The notes below the pieces were generated by a model that ran no database searches, was not told the origin of the DNA, and saw only the letters and a program-made list of their open reading frames with translations. The translations under genes and the position numbers were made by a program. 64,000 nucleotides of DNA, from assembly GCA_040954595.2 (NCBI GenBank), contig CM082580.2:14150389-14214388 (forward strand), written 5' to 3'. Position 1 is the first letter of the stretch. Every line of letters starts with the position of its first letter. This document shows, piece by piece, positions 55,001 to 64,000 of this stretch. This stretch comes from Balanoglossus misakiensis. Taxonomy: Eukaryota > Animalia > Hemichordata.

Positions 55001-58000
55001 TGAATGGAAAATCAGGACGAGTTGAAACCAAAACAGAAACAACCAGAAACGAGGATGCATTTTAACGCATTAATGATGCAGCCATCCAACCAGCCCACCA
55101 AGGCTACACAACAGTCAGAGTGAGAGAAGAGGACATTCCAACAGTTACTGTACATTCATCTGTGTCCATTTCACACCACAGCTGGTGTTATGTGGACGTG
55201 CATGATTTCACTCCCCGACCATCAACCCACTGCGCATGTCGTTTTTTTTTATTGAGTGGCTCTGCTCTCGAAGTTAATGCCCCTTGATAAGTCCCAAACT
55301 TATCCGGTCCCGCTCTGTTGGCAACCCATCGATGTGTGTGAGAAGAACGCATGCGCAACCTCTAATAGTAATCATGAGAGTTGCGTATGAATGATGACAG
55401 TATGAGGTCAGAAGGGGCAAAGACGGTTTACACCTTTAAATCTGAAGTATACTCTGACATGTACCCTAGGAAATTGGCGTGAAATCGGCATGGGGTGATA
55501 TCGGAGGGTGCCGGCGTGGGGGCAATACAGGACAGCGACTTTTGGAGATTCTAACGAATCAAATGCAACAAGGATCTCAAATATAAATTGTCACTGAGTC
55601 TACTCTCAAGAGTATACCCAGGTATTTTGTCTCCACGGCAACAGCGGCGGCTACAATCTCTTGTCCCGATCATCATACGATGATGGTTCGCGCTACAAAG
55701 ATTGTTGTACTCAACTCATGCAAAGGGAGTGGGGGATTTCTATGCACTTAGGTCCATACCTGACCCTGAGAAACATTCTTGCATATATCACAAACAATCA
55801 GCTGGACAGGATGTCCACATCCGGGCCCTGACAATGTCACAGGTGGACGTCACTCCTCTCCGTGGTATGGCGGTTAAAACTCTAGAACCGAATCGGTTGA
55901 TGGCCTTCTTCCGTACTTAAACGCCCCCAGGGGTTGCACCTGAGTCCTGCTGAGGTGATTTATGACCCTCATGTGTCCTCCTATTTTGGCCGTATATCAA
56001 AATAAGCCACCCTGCTCCGTGAGATCCTCCGGGGACCACGGACCCGTTTTTTGCAGTTTAGGTGACGGGTGCACATATCGCCTCTTAATTTTTCGCGCTG
56101 GCTAACGACGCGACATTGGATTTGACAAGAGAGTGACGCGTGAGGCCAAACTCTGACGGGAACAGTTACGGATAACTCCAGATTGTGGTCCCGGTGTTTG
56201 CTATTCACTGCTGCGTGTTTAATGGCGCAGGTCATCGGTAAAATTGCTGGAGGACTATATATAAAACTCGATAACAATTGACGGACGTGATATTTATAGC
56301 CATGTATATTCTGGAGAAGCAGTGGACAAAATCGTTTCATTATTGGCCGCTTCAGTCACGCTTATTATACGGTGTAATCATAGACAGTTAAAATAGATAA
56401 TTTGAGATTTTAAAGATGGTATGATGAACGCCGCTAATTTATAATAAATGATTGCGTTTCTGTGCGTTACGTGACTCCCCCCCCCCCCACACACATACAC
56501 GCTTGCTTCCTTAGATACACGTATCAAAGGCTGTCTCTCGCTTTACTATATACAATTGCACTGTTAAGTTACAGTAACAACGTTTGTAAATTTTCCCAAG
56601 GTGACATATATGGTCTTTTGATACCACAAATTCCTTCATCTATTCTAATTAAGATTTAAATGAAGCAAAATCCTTGAATAGTCCTTTTCAGTTGAAATTA
56701 AAGTTTTCTTGGGAATAGAGGTGGAAATGGCTTTTTCTTATTAAATGCAAATGACGTCACGGGATATTAAGTTTCATTTTCTATCCCTGGAATCTGAAAG
56801 AGGCTAATGAATGAAATGCTGTCGGTGTAAAAAGACAAAATAAGACGACGACCAAATGCGTTTTGTCTAGCCCGGGGCAATTACTGATGAGCGATCTGAC
56901 GACTAGAGGCATGAGCACGCATTACAACATTTACAGAAACCCACATTTCTCTCTACGCATGAGCGGACGGCCAGCTGTCACCGTCGGCGCCAGTGTGTCT
57001 AGCGACTTTTATGCAATAAATCCGAGGGCTGCCCAGGTTGCTGGATATGATCGCGTCCGCCCTTTGACGGCGGCGCAGAAGCTTTATGGCCAGGATAAAA
57101 GTTGGCGTTCGTTCCACCTTGCTTAGGGGGTCTGGGAATCCATACCTGATAAAAGGGGGCATTGAAACCATTCTCATTAGCCGTGAAAGGAACACCTAGG
57201 AGAAGGGCTGTGACGTCACAAAGTTTTTTCGGTGTTGTTGATTGTTTGTAAGAACTTGTCTTCAGCTTGTCAGTTGGTCACTTTGGGGAGATTTAAGAGG
57301 GGAGGCAACAAAGCTAAAGACACTTACTTAAGTCTCCAATCACAAACACCGTTCTTTGCTGTTTTGTCCTGCCAATAGACAGATATGTAACATTTCTAAG
57401 GGCCGTGTTATTTTTTTCTGGAATACACACACATTCCTTAGTGAGAGCTGCGGTCGCAACAATTCCCCACTCTGTGTTTTTTCTCTTTTTGTTATGATTA
57501 TTTTCCTTAAAACGGCGAATTGAAAAGACGGGCGAGTGAGGTTAATTGAAATAGCTGCATAAAGTCAAAAGAATCCGTGTTTAAAACGAGCTGGCGGCCA
57601 TTATTCATCGGGTGAAACAAAGGTTGACGTGTCACGCCAACCGATCAAAGATACAACTGTTTTGTTAAATTAATTTGCTGTTGTCAATCACACTCACACC
57701 TCGATGTGGTCGAACCACGCGTGATGGACCCAGCCTAAGATTTGCCGAGAAGAAAATACACCCAACCTCCCCTGATCAGTGATTTTTGACAGCGTGAGGA
57801 GCATAGAAATTGGATTTGGTTGTGGGTCACACCGGAACAGACCACATATAGGCACTGACACACACGGAGCTGCAGCTAACTTAATCACACGATTAATTGT
57901 GTCGAAGCGTGCTGGCACAAATCATCGGCATTGAAGGAATTTTGCCCGAAATTTTGACTCCAGAACACGAAAAAATCTCACGAAAGAACTGTAGGTTCTC

Positions 58001-58117
58001 TGAAACCGACGAAGTAGAAGCGCAACTGACAGCGTTTGTTGACGCGCAGGGAGGGATTTCCCTTACATCAATACTTGACTGCGTCGATTGGTCGATGAAT
58101 AGACTGGTGGTGCCAGT

Positions 58118-58850
58118 ATGTCTGGGCTCACAGGTAATGACGAGTTCTCCTTCGTCGACGCCTTTCAGTGGCTGGAAACGACCATAGCCAATGAAATCGA
58201 CACCGAGGATGTGGAGCTGGACAACCAGGAAAGCCCCAAACCATCAGATGGAAAACCAAAACGGCAAAGGAAGGCGAAAAGAAGGAAAAGGGCACTGACT
58301 GGTGTCAGTCGACAGAGGCGGGCAGCCAATGCCCGCGAACGCCGACGTATTCAAGGCGTTAACACGGCATTTGTCGAACTGCGTAAAATCTTGCCAGTTC
58401 TCTCGCAGGACGAAGTGTCGAAAATCGAAATCCTCCGACTGGCGACGAAGTGGATCGCTCACCTGACGACAGTCTTGATCGAAGACGAAGAAAACAGTTT
58501 GGTTCACCCGCCGAAATCTAGTACAAGTTTCGGCCCGACGAAAACCAAGTCAAACGACAGGACACTCTCAGCCGAGTTACAAGAGAAACTCGAAGTGGTG
58601 AAAACAGTGAAGGAAAAAGAGGACAACTTCGAGATTTGTTTCTTGAACGAATCGAACACGACGTCGGCGTCGAACTGGGAAATGACAGTCACTTCATATG
58701 AAATGAACACGCCGTGCAGCATAAACAACAATAATAACAACAATATTAATAATCATTTTACCACAACAGATGTTCCCGTGAACAACAACACCAAATACTC
58801 GAGTCTCAACATGGCACCCATTCTACAGTATCAAGATGATAACACCAAAG
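58118..58850 (+). CDS. Divergent group-A (Twist/Atonal superfamily) bHLH transcription factor, family unresolved; exon 1 (ORF runs to 58882 if unspliced)
   Basis: Basic NLS-like stretch [11 protein letters not shown], then b[55 protein letters not shown]. The N-terminus is acidic and the tail has poly-Asn. Consensus donor AAG|GTGAGT at 58851 (phase 1). Confidence 0.9.
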
Positions 58851-61256
58851 GTGAGTCGTGCTTTGCATTTCATTGTATGTGATGTTCGTGGGTGAACGGT
58901 AAATTTCAAGTTCGATTGTCCGTTGCTCGTTTCGCTGTGTCTATTTGCACTGTCGTTCACAAAAGCTCCAGAAAGGCTTTGCCTGAGTTGGGAATTTTCA
59001 CACGTCAACAAGATGACACTGAATTCAGTTGTCTTTCTTTTTTATCTCACATGCACTCTCTTTCCTTGTTTATCCTGACAAGAAAAACTCGGTGGGTGAC
59101 ACTGAATTTGAATTCTATGTTCGTTTCGAGCATTGAAGAACTTGTACGTAAAAACAAATTAAACTTGAGAAAAAAACCTGACCGATTATATTACAAATGC
59201 TAAAGATCGATATAACACAAAAATATCTCAACAAAAAATGGTAATTTTGATGAGGGTAGAACAGAAATGTGACACGTCATCTTCAAAGATTCTGTCAGCA
59301 AGGCTCGCCATGCATATATACTGCGTGTATTTGGAATTGAAACTAAGACTCATACACTCAGCCACAGTTACCCGGAGTCTAAATATTACACTGGCAATCT
59401 TAACCTGCTAAATTTTCAAAATCACCTTCAAATTTACAATGACCATGGTGACACGAAAATTTAAATCCGTCTGTCAACACGGGTAGCGCTCGGGCGTTTG
59501 TTGATACAAGTTTGGTACTTATTTACAGTGATTGCGGACTATTTAGCAAACCTCTGGCAATCCTTGTGCTAATCGGTTCATGGGGGAACCCGAATACAAA
59601 ATGCAAAAAAATCCAGTCGGGCAAAGGTTTCGCGATAGGTTAAAACCAGCTTCTTCAAAATATGAACTCCCAACAGAGTGCATACCAAACTCATTCGTAC
59701 TTATAAATTTACCGGCAGACTGTTTTTATTAACCGACCACAAAATATTATTGTCGTTTTAACAAAAGATTAAAATGAAAGAAAAATTCACGGTAAGCTAT
59801 TAAAAATGTGTTCATAAAGTGTGGATTATTCGTTGAATCTCTATAGAGGTATACACCGACCTTTGAGTAACCATCTTAAACTTTTCTCTCTTTTTAAATC
59901 ACATATCATTTATGATAATATGTCTCAATTGACCGAATGAACTAGATTACTGATATTGAACGTGACTGTAATCACGATTACCCACAAGTATGATTTAATC
60001 TGTCTCGGATAAATTGGTCAAAAACCTCAATTAACAACCAGCGAATGCCGAGCACTTGCCCGCCTTTAATAGCTCTCAAACGCTTACAGAGCATTTGACG
60101 CGGTCCCCGCTGCATGTACAGCGAGGCTTGAGGTAATGATAGATATCCATGCTTGACTCTAACCCCAGTGATGTAGTGTGCAGCGATCCCGTGACATTTT
60201 GGCGGCTTATCTGGCTAGCAACCATTTCTGACGGTTTCCAAGCTTTTGTGAAATTCGCCTATCCGCTCATTGAACAACTCCTGGTAACGAGGGGGCTGTG
60301 ATCAGAAATGGTCGGGGTGACGGAAACTTCTGTTAGCTCCAAAAGCTTTTATGCTATTTCCGTGACACGTTCCGAAATCACGTCAGAATCGGATTATCAT
60401 TGTAATGTTATAAATACTAGCTCGATCCCCGGCTCTCGATCGCAAAACGTTAGACGCGTGTTATTAAACTCAGGTACTGCATAAACAGTTCATTTCGGAA
60501 ATTCATGCACGTTCCACACAAAAACCCGCAATTAATTGCAAGATCTGAGATCTGATTCAACAATACTTCCTCGTCATTAGTTAACTCCGATATTGCAATA
60601 ACTCTTTCTTTGATCAAGTAAATCGGTTTTGATATTGCCATGGTAACAGTAGACTGCCACAAGAAATTTCATCATATCGTAGTGTGATTTAGAATCGAAG
60701 ATTTATGTTGCCACCGGATACTTTTATTTCCTCAATTTTCTAATAGAGTGACTCACCCTCAATATGTCTGTGTTAGTCTCTTCAGACTTGACTCGTCCAA
60801 CAGGAAAAAGGGGCAACAGTAAGCTTGGCGTTGCAATTCCCCTACTCACTTATTCTCGCTTTAGCCGAATGTTAACGCTTATTTTCTTCATATCTTTTAA
60901 TTGTCGTATTTTTTTAGAATATTCTGAATTTCAAATTCCTTACCACGGCGAACGAGGTTGAAATCCCATTTGCCAGGGACTTTTTATCATTTGCGAATTA
61001 CACGCAGAGTGTCAGATGGTGACAGGTTGAGGTCTCATGGTAGATATTTTCAAAAGGAAAATGGGTTGGAGTCTAAAATATCCATTTTATCCGTTTCAAT
61101 GCATATATTTCACACTCGCTTTCACTTATTACTCCCAATACCCGAAAAAAAACGATTATGTTTATACCATTGCGCGAAAGTAGTTCCCGCTTGGGGTTGG
61201 AGTGAAAAGACCCCCCTTTTGCTCTGAGTACAGTTTTTCTGTTCATTTTCTCCTAG

Positions 61257-61297
61257 AGGATAATGAACGCTTTATATACGACCGGGATGGACAATAA
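61257..61297 (+). CDS. Candidate short terminal exon 2 of the orphan bHLH (EDNERFIYDRDGQ*)
   Basis: A strong pyrimidine tract tttttctgttcattttctcctAG ends at 61256. The phase-1-compatible frame runs to TAA at 61297, with AATAAA at 61585. Alternative acceptors at ~60785 and 63263. Confidence 0.35.
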
Positions 61298-64000
61298 CGC
61301 CAATACGAAGTTTGACTTTGTACAAAAAAGTCAAACAGGCGATAGTGCAAACAGTGTGTGATAACACCTGCGCTGTGTAAATTTGGAGAGAGAGAAAAAA
61401 AATCACCACCCGGCAAAATGTTCGCAGCAGCTTCACAATCGGTGAAAATACCGTAAGGGTGTGTGAAATTCACGAAGCCAATTATAGACACTAGTTCGGT
61501 CCAACGTCTCACCGAGGAGGGGGACAAACCGCGAACTGGAGTGTGATCGCCATTCGTACCGAATTCAAGGTTCCTTGAGGGTGAAATAAATCAGACAAGT
61601 CGACATTGAATTCCGTCTATTTAAGCATGCATGTGAATTAAACGAGGTTCATTCACAGAGAGATTTGATCGTAAATTTTCCTGTCGCACGCTTTTCCAGT
61701 GAAGCAAACTCACTAACTCCGTTGATAAGTTGAAGGAGCTCTAGATAAGCGAGCTATCATGATAGTCGTTCATCCTCTCCTTGAAGGATGCAAGACGCCG
61801 TCGGCATTGCTCGCCTGATCGACGAAGGTTTGGAGCGAGCGCATGATGATTGTTCCGGCAATCGCTGAAAGATTTTCTTCTTGTATGAGAAGACGCCATA
61901 TGTGTCCAAGACCTATTTAAGTTTGCATTATTTAGAGAATTGGCTAGTGGGTCTAAGCTAGGCTCGACAGCTGTTCAATTTCGTCGTTTCCCAAACGGAC
62001 ATTGGACTGAAATAACGCGGGTGAATTAACAAAACGTTAAGAACATCCCGTGGAATCGCAAAGGCCGACTTTGCATTCTGCAAAGTGTGCCGTGAAGTTG
62101 TTTTTCTTAGATTGAACAAATTTCGACTTTGAACTAAAATATTTAAGTTGTACACCGATGGACTGGCCGCTAACAACAAAAGAGTTTACTCCCGTTGTCA
62201 AGTCAACGTGCGGCGATCAAAATTTACCCAGATGGCTAAATAAACTATTCCGCGTTTGGTTTTAAAATTAGCGCATTTATTTCAATATTAGTTCCGCAGA
62301 GGCGTTTGGACAAGTGGCTGTGCGATGCGTTCAAGCACTTTGGTTTCGACCACTTGGTTTATGAGGGGCGTGTCAAAGATTCTCTCTCTTAACCAATCGA
62401 GACAGGGGACAGTAATACCAGCCGCCAAAAAGTGTTGTGTTTTTTTCTTTTCCCCTTCTCTGTACAAATCCGTTGAATGACAGTTGAATCGAAATGATTG
62501 ATTTACCGCAGAGGCGAGTTGGATCCAGTCAGAAAGTGAAGACACAGATGAAACCCAGTGCTTCTTTCATCGAATGCACTCCATTTGCATGAGAATTAGA
62601 TGAAAGCTACCGGGGGAGTGAAATTGACTTGAATACGATTAGTCGAAAACAAAAGCAATTTGTTTCAACAATAACTACGTCCTTTGGAAGTGGGGATTTG
62701 TAACGAATGCCGGTGGTATTAAAAAGGGTATTATTTTCGTGCAATCAAAATTAGCAAGGGCTAGGTTTAATAAGGGGAAGGATTAGATATGTTTTGTCCG
62801 AGGTGTGAACGAGCAAAGCTGCCGGAATATTAGTTGAATTACCGGGAGAATTAGCTTTGAACAGAGTAGGTGTGAAGTCGACATCGGACCGTGAAATTAC
62901 AATTCTTCGCGCGCGACTGAAATTGTGAGTGGAATTCTCATCGGTGCGCATGATTATTCGATTAGGGTAAACAGTGCGTGCTCGAACGTGACCTAGATTG
63001 GGTTGGAGATGGCCTCTCAAGCTTTTAGAATGAAGATTATGATGAGGGCGGTGGTGGTGGTATGATGATGATAATGGTAACGACGACGATGACGAAAAAG
63101 CGCATGGTGTGGTCTCCATGGCGAAACAGCTAGTTTTGAGTAAACTGCCGATCGCATAGCGCTATAGTCACTTGGACGAATGCCAAAAGACGAGTACAAC
63201 TGAGCATCGCCACGGCTCGGCGTTGCTCGTGGAATATTTTATCTGTTGTTTTCCCCCTCCTAGCGCACATTTCTCCACTCAGACCCCGCGTAAAAAACGT
63301 CGTTGTCACTTTTTAATGACCACGCAAACTTCGCCTCTCGTATGTCAACCCATGCTTTCATCCTCAAATGACGCATTGCATTAAGGGTGAACTTTGCATC
63401 AACACGTCCACATTGCAGGGAAAGCCAAATAGGATAGACCATCATGGAATGTGCCGTTACTCAGGGATACCGTGCCCATGTCCAATTTATTACCACACTT
63501 TGAGAGGGCCCACCTGTGAGGTCTTGTGTTCCAACTCAATTTCGCCCCTTTCATCATCAACTGGGATGAATAATAAGTCAGGAGTTTATCGTCACTCGAT
63601 ATTTTATGAGCTGCCCTGTGGTTGTCGATCGCAATTGACAGACACAAAATGGGCCGATGCTTTGAGATCCGCCTTCCTGAAATGACGTCCAGAAATAATG
63701 TGTTCAAACTTGAAACATTTAGGGTCAAACTTGGAATTCTCACCACGATTTTTCTACTCAAAATTCACCTTTGTTGATTTCTAAGACCGCGTTTCCTTGT
63801 CAAAGTGACGGCTTTGAAAAAATTCTCCTTCAAACAAAATCGAAATCAAACCGGCCAGTCACCAATGCCAAATTCATGGCTCGCTAATCAGTGATCAGTC
63901 AAAATCAGACATCAGATAGATAAAGGTCAGCCTATAATCATTAAAGTTAATTCCCCCTTAATCCACTTAAATCTCCCGATGTTTGCCGAAAATGATACTA

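Noticed and set aside
58118-58882. Calling the third bHLH FERD3L/Nato3 from vertebrate TWIST1 synteny
   Set aside because: It lacks the Fer3/Ptf1a signature (ANIRERKRM...[20 protein letters not shown].YI).
62751-63119. 122-aa minus-strand ORF with Ser/His runs
   Set aside because: The runs come from a degenerate trinucleotide repeat; no domain recognised.
1-64000. CRISPR arrays, rRNA/tRNA genes, intact transposase or reverse-transcriptase ORFs, prokaryotic operons
   Set aside because: None seen; the sequence is intron-containing animal DNA with no repeat-spacer structure or long TE ORFs.

Overview
This is AT-rich animal genomic DNA. The protein sequences and repeat style suggest an invertebrate deuterostome such as a hemichordate or echinoderm (inference). 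The left end holds the 5' part of a minus-strand cadherin gene: one large first coding exon with a signal peptide and EC repeats, resembling type-III/N-/G-type classical cadherins, with the rest of the gene running off the window. Head-to-head with it are three co-oriented group-A bHLH transcription factor genes spaced about 21-22 kb apart: Paraxis/Scleraxis (TCF15/SCX family, 14.5 kb), Twist (35.9 kb) and a divergent bHLH I cannot assign to a vertebrate family (58.1 kb). The rest is non-coding DNA with microsatellites, motif clusters and hairpins. By eye, CpG frequency switches sharply from poor to normal near 9.6 kb. Nearly all short ORFs in the supplied track (many with GTG/TTG starts) look like noise. 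All exon structures are predicted by eye from splice signals; no database search was run.
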